NCBI RefSeq assembly: GCF_000400465.1 | Contig: NW_008806275.1 | Span: forward strand, 309,656 to 371,655 | Direction: 5' to 3' | DNA length: 62,000 nt | Source: Wallemia ichthyophaga EXF-994 | Lineage: Eukaryota > Fungi > Basidiomycota | Part shown: in pieces, positions 27,338 through 41,718 of the stretch | Layout of the letters: each line of letters opens with the position of its first letter | How positions within the stretch are numbered: position 1 is the first letter of the stretch | Notes under the pieces: model-generated | What the model saw: only the letters and a program-made list of their open reading frames with translations | Told to the model about the DNA's origin: nothing | Database searches by the model: none | Made by a program: the position numbers and the translations under genes

Positions 27338-27569
27338 TGTATTTATCGAGCACAATTTACATATAGATGGTATTTATAATATAAATTGCGTATGAGACCT
27401 ATCGGTGAGCAAATTTTAAAAAGCAAAGATAGCAAATGAAAGATAGAGGGATGCTAGAATGAGTACCATAGAATGTATTCGGAGCGCCGCTATTGACATA
27501 TTCAAGCAATTTTTACTCGGAAAAAGAAGAGCCCGCGACTTGAACTTGCACCATCATAAGGAATTGGAC

Positions 27570-29287
27570 ATGTGCGGTATAATTGGTCTGGTATTACAAG
27601 ATACCAACGTAGCTGTGTCACCAGAGCTGTAGGGTGCTTATACTTATTCCGCCTCAGCTGACGGACTCAGTGCTGAAGGCTTGTCGCTGTTACAGCACAG
27701 AGGACAAGACGCATGTGGAATAATAACATGTGGACCACGCGGTAGACTCAACCAAGTCAAGTCGAATGGCATGGTACGTGATGTCTTTGACAACCAAGCC
27801 ATTTCAACTCTCCGCGGATGTATGGGCATTGGTCATGGTGAGTTTTATGGAATTGGCAGTCTCAATTGCTCATTACCGCTATTACAGTTAGATACCCTAC
27901 TGCAGGATCATCTGCTCAAGCTGAAGCTCAGCCTTTCTACGTCAACAGCCCATACGGTATCACATTCGCTCATAACGGCAATTTAATCAACACAGAAGAA
28001 CTTAAAGAATTTCTTGATCAAGATGCACACAGGCATATTAACACAGATTCTGATTCTGAGATGTTGCTCAACATATTCGCTGACAACCTCCAACAAACTG
28101 GCAAATTCCGTATCAACGAGGAAGATATTTTCACTGCCGTCAGAGACCTCACTCGTACATGCAAAGGTGCATACGCTTGCGTTGCGATGATCGCTGGTTT
28201 CGGTATCGTTGCTTTTAGAGATCCAAACGGTATTAGGCCCCTTGGTTACGGTGTTAGAGCTGCTGGAGAGCCAGTCGATGGAATGAAATCACCTCAAGGC
28301 GATAAACAAAAGACTGGTCTTGATTATGTCTTTGCTTCTGAATCTGTCGTTTGTGATGCGTTAGGATTCACTGATTGGGTGGATGTTAAGCCAGGTGAAT
28401 GTATGATCGTTACTAGACATTCAGTATCTAGAAGGCAAGTTGCCGAACCAGCAACATTCGCACCAGATATATTTGAATACGTTTACTTTGCCAGACCTGA
28501 TTCTGTACTCGATGGTATCAGTGTCTATCGTAGTAGAATGGGCATGGGAGACACACTTGCGGATGGGGTCAGAAAGCAACTTCTCGATAAATCTTTGCCA
28601 GACAGTAGTTCAGTAGATGTCGTCATACCTGTTCCAGATACATCGAGAGTAGCAGCATTGCAATTGGCACAGAACCTTCGCATCCCTTACAGAGAAGGTT
28701 TCGTCAAGAATCGCTACGTAGGTCGTACTTTTATCATGCCAGGACAGCAACAACGTCGTAAGAACGTTCGTCGTAAATTGAACGCTATGGCACTCGAGTT
28801 CTCTGGAAAGAATGTTTTGCTTGTTGATGATTCGATAGTGAGAGGAACAACATCAAAGGAAATTATTCAAATGGCGCGTGATGCGGGTGCAAAGAACGTG
28901 TTCATGGCATCTTGTGCACCAGCTATCAGATATTCCAACGTATACGGAATAGACATGCCAAACCGTAAAGAGTTGGTTGCACATGGCCGTACAGAGGAGC
29001 AAGTGGCAGAATACATTGGTGCAGACAAGGTAATATTCCAGACACTGGATGGACTGGTAAAGTCATGCAGCAGTCTAAATGAAGATATTCAACACTTCGA
29101 TTGCTCAGTATTTACGGGCAAATATATCACGGGTGGTGTTGATGTTGCCTACTTGGAGCATCTCGAGAACTTGCGCGCGGATAATGTGAAGAATAAGGTT
29201 ACGACAGAGGAGGCAGTATCACCAGCCTGTTCTGGACCAATGAATGGAGCGGATGATAACATAGGGCTTGCGAATCAACGTCGTTAA
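27570..29287 (+). CDS. ADE4: amidophosphoribosyltransferase
   Basis: N-terminal MCGI, LQHRGQDA, AHNGN, FEYVYFARPDS, VDDSIVRGTTS, YGIDMP. Confidence 0.97.
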
Positions 29288-29453
29288 AATTTGCATCTTT
29301 TGGGAAATTAAAAAAAAACCTAGAGATATAGAAAAGGCCATTGATTGTAGTGATAGTATTGATTTGTATAAAAAGTAAAATTGATTAAATCCAATTGCCG
29401 ATTTTCAATTTTCACTGGCTGCGTGCCTTGTTCAGCACTGCCAAGTTGGAGAT

Positions 29454-31959
29454 ATGAAGATAGCGCTGCTTCCGCTGATAGCGCATACGCTTGTACACGG
29501 CTACAATATACCAGCGCAGAAGAACTATCAGACGCATGATTACTACGTGGTACAAAGTCATCTCGACAGCTCAGAGATGTCGTCGGCGTTGGAAGCGTTC
29601 GGAGAAGAATATGGGATGAAATTCGTAGAGAATGTTGGGGAACTGGACAACCACCACTTGTTTAAGGTTGATAAGGGACGCTCGCTCGATGATTTGCACT
29701 CTTCATTATCAAAGAGGGATCATTATCCATTCAGATCACTCACATATCAGCAACCACGCCAGAAACTACACAAGCGTGCCCCGTTACACCCAGATACAGA
29801 TTCTGCCCGTGTGGCTCAGTCGCTCGGTATCAATGATCCAATTTTCGCAGATCAGTGGCATTTGGTTAATGATAAAAAGCCTGAACACTCGATAAACGTT
29901 GCCCCGGTTTGGCAGCAAGGTATCAAAGGTCAGGGTGTTAGAGTCGCTGTCGTCGATGACGGTCTCGATATCCATTCAGAGGATCTGTCTCCTTCTTTCG
30001 TAAGCTGATTCACTCGCTATTATCCAACTAATTCCTCCACTTTCAAAGTTCCCCGAAGGTTCCTGGGATTTCAACGACCACACCGCCTTACCTATACCCC
30101 GCCTGAGAGAAGACTCCCATGGTACTCGATGTGCGGGTGAAATAGCTGCTGCCAGCAATGACGTCTGTGGTGTTGGTGTCGCATATGAATCCAAAGTCGC
30201 TGGTATCCGTATCCTATCAACTCCCATCTCAGACGCAGATGAAGCCACTGCATTGAATTATGCCTACCAGCTAAATGATATTTACTCCTGCTCGTGGGGA
30301 CCTCCAGACGATGGTAGATCAGTTGAAGCTCCCAGTGATCTCATCGCCAAAGCGTTCGTTAATGGTGTACAAAGGGGTAGATCAGGAAAAGGCTCCCTCT
30401 TCGTCTTCGCTTCTGGAAATGGTGCTGCTAGTGACGATCAGTGTAACTTTGACGGTTACACAAATAGTATTTATTCAATAACTGTTGCTGCTATTAGCAG
30501 AGACGGCACACATCCTTATTACTCGGAAGCATGCACAGCAAATTTGGTTGTCACATATAGCTCTGGTAGCAATGACAGCATTCATACCACAGATGTAGGT
30601 GCGAACGCTTGTACATCTAGACATGGAGGTACGTCAGCCGCTGCACCAATAGCAGCTGGTATCTATGCCTTGGTTCTTCAGGTAAGACCAGATTTGGGTT
30701 GGAGAGATCTTCAGCATCTCTCTGTTAATACTGCTGAACCTATTAATCTTGAAGAGGATGGTTGGGCTCCTACCGCTGCTGGTAGGATGTACAATAACCG
30801 CTACGGTTACGGTAAACTCAACACTGAAAAGATCGTTGACGCAGCGCATAATCACAAATTAGTCAAACCTCAAGCCTGGTATGAAGCTCCAATCGTTAAA
30901 ATACCGAATGGAGTGAATATTGTCGGTCAACCGCTAAATGGTCAGTGGTACGAAAGCAATTTCCACTTGTCAGCCAATCGTATGCGTCATCACAACATTG
31001 AACGACTAGAGCATATTACTGCGACTGTTTGGATTGATCATGACAGAAGGGGTGACATTGAAGTAGAACTAATTAGTCCAAACAATGTGAAGAGCGTTTT
31101 AGCTAAACCAAGGAGGTATGATGGCTCTACTGAGGGACTGAATGGATGGAAGTTTATGTCGACGAAACATTGGGATGAGAATCCCGTCGGTGACTGGAAA
31201 ATTAGGGTTAAGGATGGATTCCACCCAAAGAAGCGTGGTAACTTTAAAGCTTGGTCTATAGGATTCTGGGGTGAAGCCGCAGATGCAACAAAGGCCGTTG
31301 ATTATGTTTTACCTTTTGAAAGACCAGAAGGGGATTCAGATAACGGCGATGATGATGATGATGATGATGATGATAATTCTAGCTCAGATATGCCAGAGTA
31401 TCTCGGACCAAGTACAACTTACCAAAGACCAAAGCCAACAGATCATCTTCCTGAAGATCATCATGAAGCAGGCGATGAAATTCCAGAGTCATCATATACC
31501 CCGACACCTGATGAAGGATATCTGGACAACTCAACATTCCTACTAAATCATCAAAGTTGGTTGATAGGCGCTGCACTTGCGGGACTTTCACTCGTTGCAG
31601 CAGTTGGTACAGTGTGGGTGATTAGAAGAAAGAAAGCACAAGAGTTGGCACGTGCTGATGAAGATAGCCGCGGAGTGTATGCATCACTGAATCAAGGAGG
31701 TGGTGATAGTCATAGAATGACAGAATTTTCATCGAATAACGGTGGAAGGACGAGAGAACTGTACGATGCATTCAAACTCGCGGATAGCGATTCGGAGGAA
31801 AGTGATGAGGATAATGGTAAAAATGAGGAGTACAAGGATGAGGATGAGACGGAGCGGGGTGATGAATCACAGGTGCTGTATGACAAAGACGATGGCACTG
31901 GAAATGTACACAATGAAGCCCAAACTAGCTCAAAACCGTGGAATGAAGAAGAACGGTAA
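29454..31959 (+). CDS. KEX2: kexin proprotein convertase
   Basis: Signal and propeptide; catalytic VVDDG, HGTRCAGE, ASGNG, GGTSAAAP; P-domain; TM helix; cytosolic ELYDAF. Confidence 0.95.
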
Positions 31960-32045
31960 TAAACCAAACTTAAAGATAAATTTCTTGTATTAGATGATTT
32001 AAATGTGGATTTTACAAACTAATTACAAGTCAGTTAACTTCTTCC

Positions 32046-32845
32046 ATGGCTAGTGGTGTAAAGTACTATTTAGCGGTATTCAACGCAGTTTCAACTGCTG
32101 GATGGGCATTAGTGTTGTTCTTGACAATAAAGCACCTCAATGATGGCAGAGTAACAGTTCCTATAACTGAATCACCTGTAACTTATTTTAAGAGTACTTG
32201 GAACAGCCAATTTTCATCCAATTTAGTCTCAAAAGCACGTACGACATACTTTGATATTGGAAATGTTGTTCAGATTGTTCAATCAATTGCAATTCTCGAG
32301 GTTGTACACGTCGTGATTGGGTTAGTGCGCTCACCACTGCCAACAACAGCGATGCAGGTTGCTAGTAGACTTTACATAGTTTATTATATTGCACCGTTAT
32401 TCGTACAAGTGAGTCAATTAGTCATATGGCGCTATAAATTGAAAACAAGGTAATAGGCACAATATAACTTTATTTACACGACAATGATAATTGCGTGGTC
32501 ATTGACTGAGATTATAAGATATTCATTTTACGCTACTTCACTCGTTGGACGCAAATCAAGCGTTTTGAATTGGCTGCGATACACGACGTTCTACGTGCTT
32601 TATCCACTTGGCGCAGGATCAGAGGCGACGTTGATAGCGTCTACACTGCCTAAAGGATTACCAAGTAATATAAACTGGCCAGCTTCAGATATTATCAGAT
32701 CTTGGTTTTTCCTTGGGTGGTGGCCAGGTGCGTTTATATGAGTGGTGGCCAATGCGCGACTAATGAAATAGTAGGACTGTATACTATGTATACGCATATG
32801 ATTAGCCAGCGCTCTAAAGCCTTATCGAAGGAAAAAACGAAATAA
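32046..32845 (+). CDS. PHS1: very-long-chain 3-hydroxyacyl-CoA dehydratase (PTPLA family)
   Basis: QVASRL, WSLTEIIRYSFY, WLRYTTFYVLYPLG..E; spliced C-terminus KEKTK (ER retrieval-like). Confidence 0.92.
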
Positions 32846-32921
32846 AATGATATTTTGTATTTGCAAGACATAATGCTATGCACCGGGCTAACCTCTTTAA
32901 GGCGGACGATCAGCAACCTTG

Positions 32922-33600
32922 ATGGATTTATTATTTAATAGCAATTTGATACCACAGTCAGTAGCTAGCACTCTTCCTGCCGGCTACAGCCTCAGACCCC
33001 TTTCATCTGCAGACTACGACAAGGGCCATATCAACCTCTTAAGCGTACTGAGCAAAGCAACAGATCCAGGGCGTCAAGCGTACGTGCAAAGATTCAATTT
33101 CCTTAAGAGTATCCCAGACACGTACTATACAATCATTATAACTGATAACGCAGATAAAGTCGTTGGTTGCGGTACCGTTTTACTGGAAAGGAAGTTTTTG
33201 AGAGGATTAGGGGTTGTTGGACATATTGAGGATATTGCGGTTGATAAGAACCAGCAAGGGAAGAGCTTAGGGAAGAAGATAATTCTTAGTCTTACGGAAA
33301 TAGCCCAAAGCCGCGGTGCATATAAGGTAATACTTGACTGCTCTAAGGAGAATATACGTGAGTAGAGATAACGTGGTTTTAAAATATATAATAACTTTGA
33401 ATAGCATTCTATGAAAAATGCGGGTAAGAAATCGATCAATACGTATTTTTTACTTGCTGATATCACAAACAGATATCAACATAAGGAGTACGAGATGGTT
33501 TGTGGTGTTTGATTAGTTGAATCACAATAATAAAACCAATAAGGTACATTACACGTCCCCAGTCACAGCTTACCAGTCAACTTCCGCGTCAAAGCTTTAA
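32922..33600 (+). CDS. GNA1: glucosamine-6-phosphate N-acetyltransferase; spliced form ends in SKL
   Basis: RPLSSADY, ERKFLRGLG..GHIEDIAV, QQGKSLG, YKVILDCS, PFYEKCG. Confidence 0.92.
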
Positions 33601-33634
33601 ATTTATCTTGATTTGTACTTGCACTCGAACAGTC

Positions 33635-34941
33635 ATGAACTTCTTCAAAGCGAGGCCTAAAACGCCTGGCGATATAGCTAAATCTTTGAAAGATTGTTTA
33701 AACAAATTAGATTCAAACTTGGATAATCGTAGAAGGGTTCGTTAACCACGTTGGTCGCGTGTATCACGTGTGTCCCTTGGCTCTTTCTCACTTTGAATCA
33801 GAACCCGGATGACATTGGAAAGCTATTACAGCAAATGAAACACGTTCTAAACGGTGATGGCGGTGAGTTTTTTGGTATTCTACACTTTAAACGCGCTAAT
33901 TGAATCAATAGATTCACATCCTCAACCAGAAGCTATTGCTCAATTAGCACAGGAAGTTTATGCCTTGGATTTGTTACAACTTCTTATAAAGAAGATTGGC
34001 AAATTAGAATTCGAGGCTAGAAAGGAAGTTACTACGGTTTTCAATTGTTTGCTTAGACGTCAAATTGGTCTGAGGTATCCAACCGTCGAATACATCTTAA
34101 CAAAACCTCAAGTGCTTTTCTTGACTTTGGATGGTTACAATGATGAAGACGTTTCTCTTAATACTGGTATGATTTTAAGGGAAATGCTCAGACACGAAGC
34201 TTTGGTCAAACTGTTACTTTACGATGAGCAGCACTTTTACACCTTCCCTAAGTATATAGAAACTACCACTTTTGGCGTTAGTTGCGACGCTTTTAGTAAT
34301 TTCAAGGTATGTTATCATGTTTCATCCCTATTCTTACACTTTAACTTTCTTAAAGGAATGCCTCACTCGTCACAAAGCTTTAGTGGCTGAGTACTTGGAA
34401 CTCAACTATGATAGAGTTAGTACTTGAACTCCAATTCCTTCTCTCCTAACACACCGCAGTTCTTCTCAAATGATCCTCATCAATTATCCTACAACACCCT
34501 GATAAACTCAAATAACTATGTCACTAAGCGTCAATCACTCAAGCTACTCGGTGAAATTCTTCTTGACAGATCCAATTTCAACGTTATGACGCGATATATT
34601 TCATACGAGAACAATCTCAAGGTCATGATGAATTTACTTAGAGATAAGAGTCGCAACATACAATTTGAAGCATTTCACGTTTTTAAAGTGGGTGTGGTTA
34701 GACTAATTTTACTCTCTAACAGTCATTTCATTAGGTTTTCGTCGCCAATCCAAAGAAAGCTCCCACTATAGCAGCAATATTACGTCGAAATAGAGAGAAG
34801 CTGATAGTCTTCCTCAAGGAATTCCATAACGATAAAGATGACGAAGTGTTCACTGTAAGCCTTTCGCTGGACACCAACACCACGCTAACCCAAGCACAGG
34901 ATGAGAAAATGTTTTTGATTCACAACATAAACGAACTGTAA
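33635..34941 (+). CDS. HYM1: Mo25/Hym1 scaffold of the RAM network, multi-exon
   Basis: [48 protein letters not shown]. Confidence 0.95.
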
Positions 34942-35065
34942 GCAACTATCACATGATTAAACGATCCACAACTGCATTTATACACATTTAATATATCAAT
35001 AAATTCCACTCCGGCGGGTTTTTTTTTTATAATGTCATTCCGATACTGTGAACATTGTGAGCATC

Positions 35066-35702
35066 ATGGCCCATGCCGATGCAGCTAGTATAGACACAAA
35101 CAAATCAAAACAAGAAATATATGATAGCATTATAGAAAATCTAGCTAGTCTGTTGGCTGGGAGAAGCAACTGGGTGCGTTGATTGCGCTGCCGAGGTTCT
35201 ATTGCAAGTTGACGCTACTTTAAGATCAGTAATCTTTCAAACGCTGCTTCAATACTCTTCTGGACATTAAAAGAAATCAACCAGGTCAATTGGGCAGGTT
35301 AGCTAAACACAAAATTCCACCAATACCTGCCACTCACCCAGTACAGGCTTCTACATTCACAACAAGTCAACAAACATCTTAGAGCTCGGTCCTTTCCACG
35401 GATTACCTGCGTGCCAAACTATCAAAGCTGAAGTCAATAAGGGCATTTGTGCAGATACGTTCTGCAATGCTAATCCGATCTTAGTACCAAACGTGGACGA
35501 ATATCCCGGTAAACACATTGCATGCGACTCAACAACTAAATCTGAACTAGTCGTACCTCTATTTGCATCATCTGGTACTTGTGTCGGCGTTATGGACTTT
35601 GACAGTCTCACTCTCAATGGCTTTGAAGAGGTTGATAAGGTCAACATGGTCAAAATAGCATCATTACTCGCAAATCATTGCGATTTTACTAGTTTATTAT
35701 AA
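35066..35702 (+). CDS. GAF-domain free methionine-R-sulfoxide reductase (fRMsr)
   Basis: SNLSNAAS, NWAGFY, LGPFHGLPACQ, GICA, VDEYPGKHIACDSTTKSELVVP, DFDS. Confidence 0.9.
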
Positions 35703-35724
35703 ATTAATCTAAATTAAGTTATCA

Positions 35725-37357
35725 TTATGTATTGGAATTTGGATCTGATTGCGTTTCTGGTTGCTGCTTGCGTAAAGGTTTGCTCACATCTCCAATGTCG
35801 TCCTCATCACTAGCTTCACCAATATCCCAAACGACATCATCATCGTTATAGTCCTCATCATCGCTCTTGTTACCTCGAGATGCTTCGACGTCTATTTCTC
35901 CATCTGCCCTCGTTGCGTTCAGCGGTATCTCATCATTCGTTGATTCTTCTTTCGGTTTCTCACTTGACGGCTTCTTGGCGGAAAGCAGGAACACTCCACC
36001 TAGGAGAAGCATTGTTGACAGCCCAATACACCACAGAACCCATGCTCTAAATGCCATCAGTTGATTCATAAAAACTATTTTGGGTTAGATGACTAGAGTG
36101 GACAAATCAGCACCTACTTAGTGTATTAATAAATCCAATTGAAGTATATAAACCGTACTGCACACTAGTAAGATGATGTTCTTCTTCAGATTCATTCTTA
36201 CGAAAATAGGGACGACCATAGTAGTGTCAAATAACGCTAAAGCTTTGTTTAGGCAAATAATTTGACCAATTGCCGTCATCGCCAGTAACAGAACAGTCAA
36301 AATAAAGAGTGGATGGGCAAACTGCTGTGATATTAGATGGAGACTTGTGAAGCAATTACCGCACCTGATTAGAGGCATCATTGTGAGCAAGCTGAGTGGA
36401 TACAAGCTTCACAGTAGCTTTTGCGAGAATGAGGCATTCACTAGCCATTATTCCACCTTCAATAGCCCAAACTAAACCGACGAGTCGTTTAAGTGATGCG
36501 TCCGGCACACTACCGACCAAGTTTTCCAGTGAATTGAAAACTTTAGCTCTGATACCAGTGAAAAAGCCTCTGCAATTGTAGAGCAATGATTTAAGATGCC
36601 CTAAGTTTGGTGGGTGATTTGAAGTAGGTGTTTTGTTACCGCTTTCATCAGCTCTTCTAACAGAGACCTTCTCTAAATCTAAACCAATAACATAGACACT
36701 AACCGTAACGAAAACGAGGAAAAAGAACCACAAAAGCCAAGCCACACGACCCCAAAGGTCAATCAAGACGTTTATATCGAGCATATCGCTGATACCATCG
36801 TTGACGCTACCGAAGCTAACGATACCAATAACGCCAAGGACGATGAGAAGGGTACCTTGAATATCACGCTTTGTGATAGGAATATTGAGCATGTAATTTG
36901 CTATCAAAAAGTTGAAAATGAGATTGCTAGAACCCAAAGGAGCAACGAATTCTGCTCTCATGTACTGCAGCGCAAGAGTTGATCCAAGTAGCTGAGATAT
37001 GATATACAGCGACATACCAAGAATCCAAAGAGGACGCTTCAAATCACGCCTTTGAGAGACTTTTGGGAGAGATTGGTTGTGTAAATGATCCTTTTGAACG
37101 ATATTTAGACCAATTGAGTTCATCAATGATGCTATGAAGATAATGGTCAAACCAATAAAGAATGATCCAACTTGTGATCCTGTTGAAGGTTGTTTAGGTG
37201 TATCGTCTGTAACGTCTGCACCGTCTGTAACATTTACACCATCTGTAACATCTGCACCATCTGTACCACTAATATCCTCCGCAGATGAAATCCCATCTGT
37301 CAATTGATCTACATTACCGCTCAAATCCTTCAAATCACTCTCATCCTGCGCTGACAT
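35725..37357 (-). CDS. NIPA-family magnesium transporter, multi-exon
   Basis: FVAPLGSSNLIFN, multiple TM helices, QIICLNKALALFDTTMVVPIF. Confidence 0.85.
37206..37266. repeat. 18-bp coding minisatellite, ~3.4 units (DGADVT-like hexapeptide) in the NIPA N-terminus
   Basis: tctgtaacgtctgcaccg / tctgtaacatttacacca / tctgtaacatctgcacca / tctgtac. Confidence 0.85.
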
Positions 37358-37484
37358 CAGTTGATCGTTTGTGAACAAGATTTGGCATTGTCAATATCCG
37401 TGGATTCAACCTGAAATTTCCCAATTATAATCGAATACACGCGTAGCTGTCAGAGTTTACTATTTCTCCTTAAATTCTACCATC

Positions 37485-40400
37485 ATGGTATCAGCCAGTA
37501 TACCTTCCTCACCTGTATCCACAAGGCAGTCACTTGACTCTGGCGCTGAATCTTTGACTTTATCTCGGGCTTCAACAAGAGGAGATGTCCCTTTGAGCTG
37601 GTCTCTCGACAGATACAGAAGCAGCCCAACGATATCCACACACTCAACTGGATTTAATGCACTATCCACTGTAATGAATCACCCAAACAAGAGACCAAAA
37701 GCTTTACGTGCTTCTAGATACCCTTTACCTGCAATTCCCTCCGTTGATTTCCGTTTACCTTCGTCGAGCGCTGTGGATACCTATTTGCACGATATTCAAG
37801 GCGAATATGATGAATTTATCGATAATGTAGAGAAATCCTCTGCCTCTACTTCTGCGCAACCAGAAACTGAGTTGCCAACCCTCGAAGAAGTTCCGCGGTT
37901 ATTCTTTAAACAAGACTTCGATTTGGGAGACCCATCCACGTTTGATGCAGTAACTAAAAGCATCGGTGATTCTGTTGGTTTAGATAATCTCGATTCTCCA
38001 GAAGATATCGGCATCAATGAGATTTTACATGCCCGGTTAGAACACCACGCTAATGCTGTCGATAAGATCTTGGTACATGAGTTAACTGAAAGAGCACCAT
38101 CGCTATTCTCAGCATTGGACAATTTACATCATTTAGGAGATTATGCCAAAGATGCGATGGATAAGTTTGTTGACTTGAAGGAATCACTCGAGGAAATTTC
38201 AAACAATAAGTTACAGATCAAGTTTGATACTATTAATGGTATTGTCAAAGGGCAGGAAGTGGAGGATTTACTCACAGTGATCTGCGACATCGAAAACATT
38301 AATCATGCTTTGCTAGCCCTGCAGCAAATGACAGAGCTTGGACACTACTTTGACGCATTAGAATTAGTTGAAAACATATCAAAGACTGTTGTTGAAAACA
38401 TTAGATCCAAGGATGTCGATAATGTTCTCAAGATCGAATCAGATACTGACTTCACTTCGCTCAGTGTCTTCGCAAATGTTGCTTCCGATCTTCATAAGCA
38501 TACAAATGCTATCTTAGAATACATATCAAAAGACCTGACGGAGTTACTATTCATTGACTACATCAAATCACTTAAGAGTTCCGATCACAATCACAGCGAC
38601 TTGTCAAAGGACGTTGAACAATCAATTTGCGTGTTAGATAGAGCTGACATGCTAAGAAGTTCTCTTCAGTCATATGAAAACAAGTTGCTTAGACACGTAC
38701 TTCAGTTCTTCTTCGAATTACTACCTGCCGATATACAATCAAAGCCGCTCGATCTTGAAGTAAACTTTAATGGCAGTTTGTATGCTAGCCAGTTTGCTAA
38801 AGAGCTGCGACAGATGCAGCAAATTGAATACTGTCGTTACCTAAACAAATGTAGAGAACACCTCCACATCATTAATTCCTCAATTGTGGGACAAAAGGAG
38901 GTACTTGAGGGCATTTCACAGTGAGTATCTTGATTTTATTATTATTATCTCTAACACTTTCATTTAGAAACGAGACTATAACCACCAAGCTCTCTAGTTT
39001 ATCAGGTCAAATCATGGAATTACTGTACTCAGAACTCGCTAGTCTAATAAGACTGCGCAAAGACATAGAAGCGGAATTACCACTAAGCGAATACCTTCAG
39101 TTTGACCATGTAGTGTGGAAGCTTATTAGTGAGACCGAAATAGATGGCAGCTCGTCGAACAGTGCATTGTTCTTATTACCAGCAGCAGCATCAAATCAAT
39201 TACAAGAGTTCTTAGAGCTATTCCATGCAAACTATACCACACAATCGGCTAAGCTGGTTGAAATGGAAGTATGGTCTCAGGCTGAAGTTACGCCACTGGT
39301 ACAAAAAGTCATCAATACCATCGTAAGATCAGCTGTTGAAGATATTCCCGAGTTGTTACAAACCACACCCATCATAACCGAAGGAGATGAGAATCATGAA
39401 AATCAAATCAACGTTGAAGGTTTGAAGTTTTACACTGTCGAAGCTCTCAATAAGGTTCTTGTCTTGCTCATTGATTACCTTCGCATTATGCTTCAGGTAC
39501 CTAATTCTGCTACAGAGATTATGACCCGTATGATAGAAGTATTGAAGGTGAGTGAAATGCACTATCACTCTGCCTGACTGACAATCCTTAAAGCAATTCA
39601 ACTCCAGAACTTGCCAAGTTGTTTTAGGTGCAGGCGCAATGAAATCTGCTGGCTTAAAGAACATCACGGCCAAACATTTAGCACTCGCATCTCAATCGCT
39701 TTCTGTGATGATATCACTCATTCCATACATCAGAGAGGCTGTTAGAAGGCAGCTCAAAAGCAACCAAGCAACGCTTTTGATTGAGTTTGATAGGTTGAGA
39801 AGAGTGTGTCTTGTCTTTCACTATTAGTATTTACTAAATATCACTCTAGGACTATCAAGAGCATCAATATGAAATTCATGCTAAGCTTGTGTCGATTTTG
39901 GGTGATCGCCTCACTGCACACTCTAAATCTTTAGCTGTACGTCGATGATCGGAGTAACTATCCCTACTTACACACTATTAGGCTACGAAGTTCGAAAAGA
40001 CGAAGGAAGAAGATATAAAGAAACCTAATTCATACGCCGAAGGACTTGTGAAAGAGACGGCTACTTTGCATAGAGTTTTAAACAAATACTTACCAGAGGC
40101 TACCGTCAAGTTTGTGTTCAAACAGGTCTTTGACGCTATAAATAAGCGTATTGGTGACTATTATCAGCGTCTTACTGTAAAAACAGAGCTTGGAAAAGAA
40201 AAGTAGGTACTTGATTATTGATAAGGGTTCAGAGGACTAACCGACATCAGACTGCTAACTGATGCTCACTTTTTATGCAATCGCTTGAATGCTTTACAGG
40301 GTACTGATGAACTTGGTAGTGTGAGTCATTATATCATTAGTTATTATCTGATTAATCGTTTGCAGTCGCTGATAAGTGTGGCCGAAAGTCGTCAAGTTAG

Positions 40401-41565
40401 TAAGACGCCCACGGAATCACCTAGACCAAGTATTGCTACAGAAAACGATACAGCTGAACGGCGATCGTTGAGTTTTGACGTTCAGTCTCGGAATACTACG
40501 GAGCTACATCGTATGACTATCGGTGCAGTCAATCAGGATATCATTCCACAGATCGACGAAGGAACAGAGCAGAAGAGAGTAACTGAAAACCAACAAGCTG
40601 ATGCCGACAAATCATTACCTGAAGTACCTCAAGAGATGCTTCAGAGTGGCAGCCAAGAGGTAAAATCAAGTGGTGATGAAGATAAGGCCAACCAAAATCA
40701 AGAAACTGTTGATGTTCAGCAATGGGAGGGCGTTGATGGACTTGAAAATAAAGATCTTGGCCTGCAAGAGAATAAAGTTAACTGTCAGTCAATTATTGAA
40801 GAGGAAGTAAGGCACCAAGAATACCAGCCTGATCAGCCAGAAAAAAACCATTCTGAGGTGATGATTCAGGCTCAAGGGGACGCACAACGGGAAAATGAAC
40901 AGGCTGTGATTGACGACGGCGAAAAACGCCAAAGTACAGAAAAGCCGACTGACAATGCGGACAAACCGCCATCATCGCAACATATCAATCAGACAGAAGA
41001 AGAAGCCGGAAATAAAGAACATATCGAAGATAAAGATCTTATATCTGGTGAAAAGGAATGTGACACATACGCCATAAAACCTGGTGAAACCGAAGAATCC
41101 GCTGCGTTTACGCCAAGTTCTGCTGTTAAATCAGAAGCAGAAAAGTTTGCTAACGAGAAACTTGAAGATACGGCTGTGGATTCAGAGACTACTGAAGGAA
41201 AGAGTGATAAGCATATCGACCAGGAAGAACATCATAGAACGGAAGCTGACGGGGAGAAAGTTGATAAAAACCAAGACGCCTCACATGTCAACAATGAGAT
41301 CTTACCCGTAGCTTACTTAGATGAGGATCACAAATCTGATTCTGATGTGAACGCCAAGAAGTCGGATCAAGTCACCGAAGTGGGAGCAAAAAGTGACAAG
41401 CAGGAAAAGAGTGAAAGAGAGGGAGTTGAGAAGACCGACACAAGTGAAAGCGCACAACTCCAGCCAAAAGAAACCGCAGTTGAAAATTCAAGTAAAACAC
41501 CATCAACATCAAACAAAACAAAGACAAAGAATCAGAAAAAGAAGAATAAGAAGGGCAAAAAATAA
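37485..41565 (+). CDS. VPS54: GARP complex subunit Vps54, multi-exon, long charged tail
   Basis: VPRLFFKQDFDL, QVVLGAGAMKSAGLKNITAKHLALASQSL, DYQEHQYEIHAKLV. Confidence 0.9.
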
Positions 41566-41718
41566 AATGTAGTCTTAAATAAAAAATAAAAAATATTTGA
41601 AGATTCATACCAAACTTGTGGCAGGCATCCACTAAAAACATTTGATCACCGTTTTGAGATAACCCGCCACTTGATACTGAATTGTAATTATAGATCAGAA
41701 AATCCCAAATTATATTCA

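Noticed and set aside
31348-31375. GAT microsatellite (also CAGCCA at ~10673-10696)
   Set aside because: Ordinary coding poly-Asp and QP low-complexity tracts
16522-33600. Chitin synthase, KEX2 and GNA1 as a cell-wall gene cluster
   Set aside because: Interspersed with unrelated housekeeping genes over 17 kb; no shared regulatory evidence
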